Of a stretch of 64,000 nt of DNA, positions 29,262 through 39,171 are shown one piece after another. Made by a program: the position numbers and the translations under genes. How positions within the stretch are numbered: the first letter of the stretch is position 1; each line of letters starts with the position of its first letter. Origin of the DNA: Candidatus Minusculum obligatum (lineage in GTDB: Bacteria > Patescibacteriota > Minisyncoccia > Phycocordibacterales > Phycocordibacteraceae); contig CP174360.1 of the NCBI GenBank assembly GCA_045401155.1, positions 159,035 through 223,034 of the forward strand, read 5' to 3'. A model generated the notes under the pieces. It was not told the DNA's origin. It did not search any database and saw only the letters and a list, made by a program, of their open reading frames with translations.

Positions 29262-30020
29262 CCTGGCTACGTGATTAGTGATAAAAAAACGACCAGATAA
29301 AGGAAAGCGGATCAACCGCGCATTAATGCGTACCGCTTCCTGCTGAAGCGGATTTTTTATTCCAGAAAGAGAGTCACGCATGATGTTTGAAAATTGAATA
29401 GAAGAGCGAATGCATTTCATCAGCAATAATTCATAAAAGTTATTGTGGTTACCAGATCTCCTTTTTGGAGACTGTAAGAGTATATGGGGGATGCCTTGGC
29501 TCAAACGAGCGATGAAGGACGTGGAAGTCTGCGATAAGCTTCGGGGAGATGACAAACAATCTTTGATCCGGAGATTTCCGAATGGGGGAACCCAATCAAT
29601 TGTTATTGATTACTTATTGGGTCGCACCAATAAGAGCGAACCTGGGGAACTGAAACATCTAAGTACCCAGAGGAATAGAAAGCAACAGGGACTATTTTCT
29701 GTCTGGTTCCTTTTAGGATTCGGATAGAGGGTAGTCTTGCGATTTCCTTAGTAGCGGCGAGCGAAACGGAAGAAGCCCAAACCGGATACTTCGGTATCCG
29801 GGGTTGTACGGCAAAGGTGCTGCACTTGTGTAGGAAGAGTTACCAAGTGTGAATATAGAAAAAGTATCTGGGAAGATACACCATAGAGGGTAATAGTCCC
29901 GTATTCGAAATATTCACACCTCTTTCGCCTTTGTTCGTGAGTAGCTCGAGACATGAATAGCTCGAGTGAATCTGGGAGGACTAACTCCTAAGGCTAAATA
30001 TCGTTTGAGACCGATAGTGA

Positions 30021-30054
<34 letters not shown>

Positions 30055-30621
30055 GAGAGGGGAGTGAAATAGAACTGAAACCATATACTTACAAACAGTT
30101 GGAGGGGTACTTGTACCCTGACAGCGTGCCTATTGAAGAATGAGCCGGCGAGTGTATATGTGCTGCAAGCTAAGTCCGTAATGGGACGGAGCTTTAGGGA
30201 AACCGAGTGTGAATAGCGCGTTAGTAGTATGTATACGACCCGAAACTAAGTGAGCTTGCCATGGGCAGGGTGAACACGTGTGAAAACACGTGGGAGGCCC
30301 GCACCGGTTGGTCGTTTAATGCCATCGGATGACCTGTGGTAGGGAGTGAAAAGCTAATCGAACTTAGTAATAGCTGGTTCTCTCCGAAACAGCTTTAGGG
30401 TTGGCGTCGCGTGTTCCCTTCGGGGGTAGAGCACTGGAAGGACTAAATAGGGGGAAACCTCGTTAGTCCTATCAAACTCCGAATACCGAAGATTAATAAC
30501 GCGGCAGTTAGACTGCGGGGAGAAGCTCCGTTGGTCGAAAGGGGAACAGCCCAGATCGCCAGTTAAGGCCCCTAAATTAGTGCTCAGTGTAACTTAAGGA
30601 AGTGAGGATCCTCCGACAATG

Positions 30622-30672
<51 letters not shown>

Positions 30673-30733
30673 TCATCAAGGGTCCTTGCGCCGCAAATGA
30701 TCGGGACTTAAGCACTATGCCGAAACTGCGGGT

Positions 30734-30926
30734 TCGCGGATTTCATTCAGGAAATGTTCTTTGTTTATTGAGGGGTGTTGGCCGAGCGGTTAAAGGCAGC
30801 GGGCTCGTCAGCCCGTGAGTTGGGAATCGTATGTCCCAGTACAACTCATCGCAGGTTCGAATCCTGTACACCCTGCCAATAAACTTTTTGACAATCTTCG
30901 GATTGTCTCCTGAATGAAATCCGTGA
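30734..30926 (+). other. Intervening sequence replacing 23S helix 45
   Basis: Lies between CCGAAACTGCGG and GCGGTAGGAGAGCGTTC; 19-bp closing stem 30734-30752/30908-30926; C(UUCG)G hairpin 30890-30907. Confidence 0.88.
30772..30878 (+). tRNA. tRNA-like element inside the 23S IVS (Ser/Tyr-like class II body, non-canonical 8-nt anticodon loop; identity undetermined)
   Basis: Acceptor GGGGTGT/ACACCCT-G-CCA; D arm GCC-GAGCGGTTAAA-GGC; anticodon arm GCGGG-CTCGTCAG-CCCGT; 34-nt variable region; T arm GCAGG-TTCGAAT-CCTGT. Confidence 0.85.
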
Positions 30927-31631
30927 GCGGTAGGAGAGCGTTCTGTTCGCGATGAAGGTAAAGGGGTGACCCATACTGGAGCGTACAGAAGTGAGAATGC
31001 CGGCACGAGTAACCGCAATGCGAGTGAGAGCCTCGCACACCGAAAGACCAAGGTTTCCGCAGCTACGATGATCAGCTGCGGGTTAGTCGGGCCTAAGGGG
31101 ATGACGAAAGTCGCACCCGATGGACACATGGTTAATATTCCATGACTGCATTACTATGCGATGGGGGGACGGATTGTTGTACACATTGCCCATTATTGGA
31201 TTTGGGTCGATGCTATGAGGGCTGCTTTTAGGTAAATCCGGAAGCGTATAGTCCAAGTAGAGTCGCAATGTTTTGGTTTCGGCCAGAATAGAGAATGTGG
31301 AGCACGGTTCCCAGAAAAGCCTCTAAGCATAATAGTAATGTATCCGTACCGCAATCCAACACAGGTGGTCAGGGCGAGTAGCCCAAGGTGAACGAGTGAT
31401 GGGTCCTCAAGGAACTCGGCAAAAAAGCGACCGTAACTTCGGGATAAGGTCTGCCCCTGCTTCTTCGGAGGTGGGGGCCGCAGCGAAAGTTTCTCTGGCG
31501 ACTGTTTATCAAAAACACAGCTCCCTGCGAACTCGTAAGAGTATGTATAGGGGGTGACGCCTGACCAATGCCAGAAGGTTAAGCACGGATGGTACATTTC
31601 TTCGGATTTGTGCTGGGCTGTGTAAGCCCTG

Positions 31632-31670
<39 letters not shown>

Positions 31671-32378
31671 TAATTCCTTGTCGGGTAAGTTCCGACGTGC
31701 ACGAATGGCGTAACGACTGGAGAACTGTCTCGAGGACTTGCTCGGTGAAAATGCAATCCCGGTAAAGATGCCGGGTAGATGTGGAAAGACAGAAAGACCC
31801 CAGAAGCTTTACTACAGCTTCGTATTGGGGCTGCGTGACATGTGCGTAGCATAGGTGGGAGACTTTGAAGCATTCCTTTTGGGGAATGTGGAGTCGTCAG
31901 TGAAATACCACTCTCATGTTGTTCAGTCTCTAACCCTTAGGGAAACCCTAAAGGGACAGTGCGTGGTGGGTAGTTTGAGTGGGGCGCTCTCCTCCTAAAA
32001 AGTAACGGAGGAGTCTATTAAGGTCAGCTAGGCGCGAATGGACACCGTGCCGATAGTGTAATGGCAAAAGCTGGCTTGACTGTGAGGGGTACGTCCCGAG
32101 CAGGTGCGAAAGCAGAGCATAGTGATCCGACTGTACGCATTAGATGCGGCAGGAGCTCAACGGATAAAAGCTACTCTGGGGATAACAGGCTAGTCGCGCC
32201 CAAGCGTCCATAGCGACGGCGCGGTTCGGCACCTCGATGTCGGCTCATCTTATCCTGGGGCTGGAGAAGGTCCCAAGGGTTTGGCTGTTCGCCAATTAAA
32301 AAGATACGCGAGCTGGGTTCAAACCGTCGTGAGACAGGTTGGTTCTCTATCTTCCACATCCGTCGATTCTTGCAGAGA

Positions 32379-32411
<33 letters not shown>

Positions 32412-32469
32412 AACCTCTGGTCTATCGGCTGTCACGCCAGTGGCACTGCCGAGTAGCTATGTTCGGAAT

Positions 32470-32502
<33 letters not shown>

Positions 32503-32710
32503 AACTCTAAGATTAGGAATCATTAAGACCCCTAGGAGATGACTAGGTTGATAGGCTCTACGTAGAAGTACAGTGATGTATTGAGCGGAGGAGTACTAAT
32601 TCGTCGTCGTCTCCAACAAGGAAGTCTGGATGACACAATATCTTTGAAGCTTTTGCTGATGAAATGTATTCGCTTTTCTTTCAATGAAATAAAAAACAAC
32701 GTGTTTTTTG

Positions 32711-32817
32711 TGTTGGTGATATGGCAAGGTGGAAACACCTGTTCTCATTCCGAACACAGAAGTTAAGCGCCTTCGCGCCGATGGTACTCGAAAGGGGAGA
32801 GTAGGTCGTCGCCAACA
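32711..32817 (+). rRNA. rrf: 5S rRNA (compact, ~107 nt)
   Basis: TGTTGGTG/CGCCAACA ends, CATTCCGAACACAGAAGTTAAG, GCCGATGGTAC and GAGAGTAGGTCG motifs. Confidence 0.95.
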
Positions 32818-32830
32818 CAAAGAACATGTT

Positions 32831-32868
32831 AAAGAAAGACCTGAATGTATATTCAGGTCTTTCTTTTT
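32831..32868 (+). terminator. Terminator of the 23S-5S unit
   Basis: AAAGAAAGACCTGAAT-GTAT-ATTCAGGTCTTTCTTTTT. Confidence 0.85.
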
Positions 32869-32883
32869 GGTATACTCAATGCA

Positions 32884-33627
32884 ATGAAATGGGCGCTTAA
32901 AAGACAGGTGTTTGTTATTGGAATTGTTGTTTTAATTATTGCAGTATTTGTTGGAATTTTAGGTTTTGTTTTTGTGTCAAATCCATCCACGTGTTTTGAT
33001 GGAGAACAAAATGGAACTGAAACAGGTGTAGATTGTGGAGGGGGTTGTGAGTTAGTCTGTTCATTTGAGGCGAGTGCTCCAGTTGTCCTTTTTACTCAAT
33101 ACGTTGACTCTTCAGAAAGAGGTGACGTAGTTGCTCATATTAGAAACATAAATAAAGGTATTGATATTCGTTCTGCAGCATACACAATTGAAGTCTTCAC
33201 TTCACAAGGTGATTTGCTTGCTATAAAAAAAGGAAGTATTGATATTCCAAGTCAGAGTACACAAAGTGTCTTTGTTAAAAATATTACCCCGAGTATATCA
33301 ATGGGTGCGAGAGCGTTTTTAACCATCACGGACCAATATTTTTATAGGGCAAAAAGCATTCCAGCTGCAACAATAGAATCTTTTTCTTGGAGTAATTTAA
33401 ACACTTCACCAACACTACGTGCAGTAGTGAAAGGTGATCTTGAAGAAGATCAGCGAAGACTTCCAGTAACTGCAACTGTGTTTAACGACACAAACAAAGT
33501 TTTGGCTGTATCAGAAACAAATATCCCTGTCCTCGAACATAATTCACAAGAAGAAATTATTTTTACGTGGCAAAAATCATTTTCTGAAAATCCAGCACGT
33601 GTAGTATTTACATTTAAGGCGCAGTAG
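32884..33627 (+). CDS. Membrane-anchored protein with CFDG.QNG.ETGVDCGG.C motif
   Basis: N-terminal TM then Cys-rich motif and beta domains; coupled to rodA. Confidence 0.75.
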   Translation: MKWALKRQVFVIGIVVLIIAVFVGILGFVFVSNPSTCFDGEQNGTETGVDCGGGCELVCSFEASAPVVLFTQYVDSSERGDVVAHIRNINKGIDIRSAAYTIEVFTSQGDLLAIKKGSIDIPSQSTQSVFVKNITPSISMGARAFLTITDQYFYRAKSIPAATIESFSWSNLNTSPTLRAVVKGDLEEDQRRLPVTATVFNDTNKVLAVSETNIPVLEHNSQEEIIFTWQKSFSENPARVVFTFKAQ

Positions 33628-33628
33628 T

Positions 33629-34762
33629 ATGGGTGTCCTGGGATCAAAAATATCGTCTCTTTTTCAAAAGCATGATCCACTTTTGCTTCTTTCGGTGCTT
33701 TTCATCTCTGCAGCAGGCCTTATTACAATGAATAACTTTGCTATAGACAGCACGTTTTTTGACCGGCAGCTTATATGGGTTTTGGTGGGCGCGCTCGTAT
33801 ATATTTTTATATCAAGCATTGATGTCCGCTTCTTAAGAAGAACAACAAGCATTGTATCTCTGTATACAGCGTCAATTTTTCTATTGCTGCTCGTTTTCTT
33901 TATTGCTGACCCGATTCAAGGTGCAAAAAGCTGGTTCATTTTAGGTCCAATTGCATTTCAACCTTCTGACCCAATTAAACTTGTTGTCATTGCACTGCTT
34001 GCAAAATATTTCTCAAGAAGACATGTGGAAATTGCAAACTTTAGACATATTTTTCTTTCAGGTGCGTACGTTGCTATAATCTTTCTCCTTGTTCTTATTC
34101 AGCCAGACTTTGGTACTGCAATAATTATTTTTCTCACATGGCTTTTAATGGTGCTTGTTTCAGGTATTAGTAAAAAACACCTTGCTCTAGTGTTTGGTAT
34201 TGGGGCACTTGCCGCACTAAGTATGTGGCTGTTTGTTTTTGAAGAGTATCAACGAGATCGAATTGTTACATTCTTACATCCACGTACTGATATTCAGGGT
34301 GCAGGATATAACGCATATCAGTCTCAAGTTGCTGTTGGTTCAGGTCAGTTGTTTGGCAAGGGTATTGGGTATGGAACACAAAGTAAGCTCCAGTTTTTAC
34401 CAGAATACGAAACTGATTTTATTTTTGCAGCGTTTGCTGAGGAGTGGGGTTTTGTTGGAGTATTAATACTTCTGATTTTATACGCAATTATTATTTTTAG
34501 ACTTATTGCTTTTGCATGGCGTGCGCCAACAAACTTTGAAGCTTTCTTTACTATGGGTGTCGCCGCATTATTTATGAGCCATATTGCAATTCATGCAGGA
34601 ATGAATGTGGGTCTGCTTCCTGTCACAGGAACTACAATTCCATTTATGAGCTATGGAGGTTCTCATTTAATGACAGAGTTTCTGGCTCTTGGGTTAATTG
34701 CATCCATGCGACAGTATTCACGAGGTGCACATCGTAGAGATCTTGCTCAAGAAGTTTTATAA
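33629..34762 (+). CDS. rodA: Rod shape-determining SEDS protein RodA
   Basis: GAKSW, FQPSD..K, QPDFGT, GYNAYQS, LPEYETDFIF and PFMSYGGS motifs. Confidence 0.92.
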   Translation: MGVLGSKISSLFQKHDPLLLLSVLFISAAGLITMNNFAIDSTFFDRQLIWVLVGALVYIFISSIDVRFLRRTTSIVSLYTASIFLLLLVFFIADPIQGAKSWFILGPIAFQPSDPIKLVVIALLAKYFSRRHVEIANFRHIFLSGAYVAIIFLLVLIQPDFGTAIIIFLTWLLMVLVSGISKKHLALVFGIGALAALSMWLFVFEEYQRDRIVTFLHPRTDIQGAGYNAYQSQVAVGSGQLFGKGIGYGTQSKLQFLPEYETDFIFAAFAEEWGFVGVLILLILYAIIIFRLIAFAWRAPTNFEAFFTMGVAALFMSHIAIHAGMNVGLLPVTGTTIPFMSYGGSHLMTEFLALGLIASMRQYSRGAHRRDLAQEVL

Positions 34763-35874
34763 ATATTTTGAGTATCACTGATCATTGTATCAAGTGAAAA
34801 CTTTTCTTTAGTATGCAATTGAAGTGCCAAGGAAAGCTCTTTTTGTTTATGAACATCTTTTAAGAGTATTGAAAGTGCTGTACTAAGAACATTGCTGCTA
34901 TTTGGAGGAACAAGTAATCCTGTTTTATTGTGCTCTATGACTTCAGGGATTCCACCAACTCGAGTCGCAATAACTGGAAGGTTTGCCATGCCAGCCTCTA
35001 TAAGTACGTACCCAAGTGCTTCAGTGCGAGAGGGGAGAACAAAAATATCAGCAGCTTTTAAGTATGCTGCCGCGTTTTCAACAAAACCAACCAAGTGTAC
35101 ATTTTTGTGTAGGTTGTAAGTATCAATTAGTTTTTCTAATCTCCATCGCTCATCTCCCTCGCCAATGACAACATAATGTGGGAGTTCTTCAGAAGTTTCT
35201 TTTAGTGCTGTAAGGGCTGAAAGCATCACGTCAATGCCCTTGCTGTCATGAAGTTCAGCAATGGTTAGGATCCATGTTTTTTTCTGTATTTTTTTTAATG
35301 ATGGTTGAATTTCTGCAAGCTCTTTTCTTGATTCTTCTTTTGTAAGAAAGTTTATTGGTGCGATACCGTTTGGTATAACTGCCACCTTTTGTACAAAGGG
35401 CCAATGTCGTATTGGCTTTCGAAGTGCTTCTGAAACAAGAATTGTTTTGTGTGCCAGCAGCATTGTTGTAAAGTATGCAGCTTTGAAAATTATCTTAAAT
35501 AAAAAGTTACGACGTTCATTAAATGCCCAGCCGTGTACGGTAAAGATAACTTTTTTGCCACGAAGACGGGCTGCCAATGCAGCAATGCCTGCTTTTGAGC
35601 TGTTTACATGAACAATGTCTGGTTCAAATTCATCAATAATTTTTAAAATTCCTTTATATGCACGCAATTCTTGAAAAAAACCAAGATCACGAGTTAATCC
35701 TTCGATGTGATATTGAGGAATATTTAAAGATTTTAATTTTTCAGAAAGTTCACCTGTTGGCCCATACGCGACTGCAACTATGATGCCTTGTGCATTCAAA
35801 GAACGTGCCACGTCATATACATATTTTGTTGCACCTCCCCAAGTTCCTTTTGTTATAACGAGTAAAACTTTCAT
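34747..35874 (-). CDS. Glycosyltransferase family 4
   Basis: GGATKYV, PDIVH, FTVHGW and FVLPSRTEALGYVLIEA motifs. Confidence 0.92.
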   Translation of the reverse strand: MKVLLVITKGTWGGATKYVYDVARSLNAQGIIVAVAYGPTGELSEKLKSLNIPQYHIEGLTRDLGFFQELRAYKGILKIIDEFEPDIVHVNSSKAGIAALAARLRGKKVIFTVHGWAFNERRNFLFKIIFKAAYFTTMLLAHKTILVSEALRKPIRHWPFVQKVAVIPNGIAPINFLTKEESRKELAEIQPSLKKIQKKTWILTIAELHDSKGIDVMLSALTALKETSEELPHYVVIGEGDERWRLEKLIDTYNLHKNVHLVGFVENAAAYLKAADIFVLPSRTEALGYVLIEAGMANLPVIATRVGGIPEVIEHNKTGLLVPPNSSNVLSTALSILLKDVHKQKELSLALQLHTKEKFSLDTMISDTQNIYKTS

Positions 35875-35923
35875 ATTTGACCAATCTTTAAAAAGTGGCT
35901 TATTTATTGTATTATACAGCATT

Positions 35924-37309
35924 ATGCACACTCTTAGAAACGAATGGCTTGTGTTGCTGCTAGGCGATTTATTTGCACTTACGTTTGCTCTTTTTATGAC
36001 GCTTGTAGTGCGCTATCAGAGTATTCCAAGTGAGAATCTTTTAACGCTACACCTTATTCCATTTTCATTGTTGTTTGTTCTTTCTGTTGCCATATTTTTC
36101 ATTGCAGGACTCTATGATCGCCAAACTCTTTTTACAAAAGCAGAAATTCCAACAACAATTTTCTTTTCACAGCTTGCAAATGTAGTGCTTGCCGCACTGC
36201 TATTCTTCTTCGTCCCTATTTTTACTATCGCGCCCAAAACAAACCTTATTATTTACCTTGTAATTTCTACACTTTTTATTATTGCGTGGCGTATTGTGTT
36301 GGCTCCACTGTTGCAGTCAAAAGATAAGTGCGAAACAGCACTCATTATTGGAGATTCTCCTGAGGCTCAAGAGTTGATACAGGAAGTAAATGCAAATGAT
36401 CGATATGGGTTTACGTGTTTGTCACCAATAAAAATTGCAGATGGGGAAACTGTAGGGGCTTTGGTGGATTCAGTCGCAAAACGTCTCGCAAATGATGCCC
36501 CAACGGTTCTTATTGCAAATCCAAGTGATGATAGATTAAAGCCGCTGCTACCACATCTTTTTGGGTATGTGTTTGCAAATCAAAAAGTGACATTTGTAAA
36601 CTTCAATGAGATGTACGAAAGCATCTTTGAGCGAGTAGCGCTTTCTTCATTAAATCCAGAGTGGTACCTAGAGTACGCGTCACGGCCACCTCAAATTGCG
36701 TATGACGCCTTAAAGCGACTCATCGATATTTTAGGCGGTCTTTGTATTGGAATTGTGTTGCTTGCACTTGCTCCGTTCATTTGGGCGTGTATGCATCTTG
36801 AGGGGAAGGGGTCATTCTTTATTTCTCAAAAACGAATGGGAAAGTACACCAAACCAATGAGTATCTATAAGATTAGAACTATGACTAAAGTCGAGGATGG
36901 GGCGTGGATTGGAGAGACTGAGAACAAGGTGACAAAGGTTGGCGAAGTTTTGCGCCGCACAAGCATTGATGAACTGCCTCAAGTGCTTGCCGTCCTTTCA
37001 GGAAAGCTTTCTCTTATAGGTCCACGTTCTGACATGAGCGGTCTCGCAGAGCGTCTTCAAGAATCTATTCCATATTACAGTGTTCGATATACCGTAACGC
37101 CAGGTATTACCGGATGGGCACAGACTCACCAGCGCTATGCGCCTGGACAAATTAATCCTCAATCTATTGAAGATTCTCGAGTTCGGCTTCAGTATGATCT
37201 ATACTATGTGAAGCATCGGTCACTTTTGCTTGATATTTCAATTGCATTACGTACCATAAAAACATTGCTAACGAGACTATTTCCTATTCGAATAAAGAAA
37301 CATGCATAA
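35924..37309 (+). CDS. Undecaprenyl-phosphate sugar phosphotransferase (WcaJ/WbaP-like)
   Basis: 4TM N-terminus; KRLIDI, RRTSIDELPQ, SLIGPR, PGITGWAQ and YDLYY motifs; ATG at 35924. Confidence 0.92.
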   Translation: MHTLRNEWLVLLLGDLFALTFALFMTLVVRYQSIPSENLLTLHLIPFSLLFVLSVAIFFIAGLYDRQTLFTKAEIPTTIFFSQLANVVLAALLFFFVPIFTIAPKTNLIIYLVISTLFIIAWRIVLAPLLQSKDKCETALIIGDSPEAQELIQEVNANDRYGFTCLSPIKIADGETVGALVDSVAKRLANDAPTVLIANPSDDRLKPLLPHLFGYVFANQKVTFVNFNEMYESIFERVALSSLNPEWYLEYASRPPQIAYDALKRLIDILGGLCIGIVLLALAPFIWACMHLEGKGSFFISQKRMGKYTKPMSIYKIRTMTKVEDGAWIGETENKVTKVGEVLRRTSIDELPQVLAVLSGKLSLIGPRSDMSGLAERLQESIPYYSVRYTVTPGITGWAQTHQRYAPGQINPQSIEDSRVRLQYDLYYVKHRSLLLDISIALRTIKTLLTRLFPIRIKKHA

Positions 37310-38351
37310 AGAAACTATTTTACTTACAGGAGCATCTGGATACGTTGGCGCAATGCTTGTCGACCAATGGAGCAAACGTGAAGATGTGGAGGAAATCATT
37401 GCGCTTGATATGGTTCCTCCAGAAGACTTTGTAAAAAATGCCCCTAAAACAACATGGATTTGCGCAAACACTTCAGATGATTCTTGGAAAGATGAGGTAA
37501 GGAAAAAGAATCCTACTGTTGTTGTTCATGCAGCATGGCAAATTAGAAATCTATATTGGCATCCGAAACGGCAGTGGAAATGGAACGTAAAGGGTTCGGA
37601 AAATATTTTTAGTTTCGCATTTGAGACTCCTTCAGTAAAACGACTCGTATACTTTAGTAGCGCTTCTATTTTTGGAGCGGATCCAAAAAATGAGATCAAT
37701 AATACTTTTGACACAGAAGCACCGCTTCGAGATGAGGTTTACTTATACGCAAAAGAGAAGCGAATTGCAGAAGAGAGGCTTCGGGATATGGCAAAAGATA
37801 AAAGAAGTGACCTGCAAATTTCAATTGTTCGCCCCGCAGCAATCTCAGGACCACGTGGACGATATGGACGTATTCGATTTGGTCTTCAGTCAGCACTTTC
37901 AGGCAAGTTAAAAGGAAGTTTTGTGTACAACATTGTAAGTGTTTTAACTTCATTCATTCCTGCAACGAAGAAGTGGTGTCGACAGTTTATTCACGAAGAT
38001 GACATTACAGATATTGTAACGATTCTTACGTTTAACGGCACAAAAGAAGATGTCGCACTTTTCAACCTTACGCCTCCAGGCGAAGTTGTACTTCCAGAAG
38101 ATATGGGAGAGGCAACAAAAAAGAAAGTTATATTACTGCCTCCATTTATTATTCGCACTGTATTTTTCTTTATGCGCCATCTTACCTTTGGAAAGGTTCC
38201 AACTGCCGCAGGGGCGTGGAGATTCTATTGTTATCCAATTGTGATGGACGGGTCTAAGGTTACAAAAGAGCTCGGGCATACATATGCGTATTCCTCAAAA
38301 GAAGCATTTACAACAACAAAAGGACGATACGCTCACGTTGTTCCAGAGTAG
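37302..38351 (+). CDS. NAD-dependent epimerase/dehydratase
   Basis: LTGASGYVG, VHAAW, YAKEK (YxxxK) and QFIHEDD motifs. Confidence 0.88.
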   Translation: MHKETILLTGASGYVGAMLVDQWSKREDVEEIIALDMVPPEDFVKNAPKTTWICANTSDDSWKDEVRKKNPTVVVHAAWQIRNLYWHPKRQWKWNVKGSENIFSFAFETPSVKRLVYFSSASIFGADPKNEINNTFDTEAPLRDEVYLYAKEKRIAEERLRDMAKDKRSDLQISIVRPAAISGPRGRYGRIRFGLQSALSGKLKGSFVYNIVSVLTSFIPATKKWCRQFIHEDDITDIVTILTFNGTKEDVALFNLTPPGEVVLPEDMGEATKKKVILLPPFIIRTVFFFMRHLTFGKVPTAAGAWRFYCYPIVMDGSKVTKELGHTYAYSSKEAFTTTKGRYAHVVPE

Positions 38352-38353
38352 TT

Positions 38354-39145
38354 ATGAAAATAGATGGAAAAAAAATTGCAGCTCTATTAGAGGGAGAGAT
38401 TAGAAGTGCCATAGATGCGTGTGATAAAAAACTCACGCTAGGGATTTTTATGATTGCACCTACAAAAGAAACAGAATCTTTTGTTCGTATTAAAAAGAAA
38501 AAGGCGGGGGAGCTTGGAGTCGATGTACACGAAGTGCTTTTAGACAAGAATGTTTCTGAGGAGCAGGCGCTCTCTGAATTTATAAAGCTTACATCTGTGT
38601 GTGATGGGGTTGTGCTACAGCAACCAATTCCAAATAACTTTTCTTTGAAGAAGTTTTATGAAGTCTTGCCAGTAGAAAAAGATATTGATGCCCTTACTGA
38701 GGGTGCGCCATATTTATCTCCCGTTGCAGGCGCTCTTGATGAAATCTTTTCTTTTTACAAAATCTCTTTAGAAGAGAAGCGGGCTGTTGTTATCGGGTCA
38801 GGTAAATTAGTGGGTCTGCCTGCGTCTGCTTTGCTGAAAGATGGAGGTGCAGAGGTTTCGGTTATGACAAAAGAAACAGGTATTAATGTAGATCTCTTAA
38901 GGAATGCAGACATTATTGTTTCTGGAGCTGGACGCCCTGGTTTGCTTACAAAAGATATGGTCAGTAAAGATTCGATTATCATTGATGCAGGCACAAGTGA
39001 GTCTAGGGGCGCAATTGTTGGGGATGTAGATCCTGAATGTTATGAGTACGCTGCGCTTGTGAGTCCTGTGCCAGGTGGGGTGGGGCCAATTACAGTGATG
39101 TATTTATTCAAGAATCTTTTTAAGAGCGCAAGTTGTGCTTTGTAG
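38354..39145 (+). CDS. folD: Bifunctional methylenetetrahydrofolate dehydrogenase/cyclohydrolase
   Basis: IDGKKIA, EKDID, GDVD and PVPGGVGPIT motifs. Confidence 0.93.
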   Translation: MKIDGKKIAALLEGEIRSAIDACDKKLTLGIFMIAPTKETESFVRIKKKKAGELGVDVHEVLLDKNVSEEQALSEFIKLTSVCDGVVLQQPIPNNFSLKKFYEVLPVEKDIDALTEGAPYLSPVAGALDEIFSFYKISLEEKRAVVIGSGKLVGLPASALLKDGGAEVSVMTKETGINVDLLRNADIIVSGAGRPGLLTKDMVSKDSIIIDAGTSESRGAIVGDVDPECYEYAALVSPVPGGVGPITVMYLFKNLFKSASCAL

Positions 39146-39171
39146 CACCTTTTGCTAACGTTAGGGCACAT

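Noticed and set aside
30772-30878. tRNA-Sec, tmRNA or prophage attachment-site remnant
   Set aside because: The acceptor is 7 bp with a normal D arm and TCA is not at the anticodon position. There is no tag reading frame, no integrase and no duplicated 3' end in the window.
30734-30926. Group I or group II intron interpretation of the 23S insert
   Set aside because: No recognisable catalytic core or GUGYG/AY ends. The ends form a simple long stem typical of an IVS.
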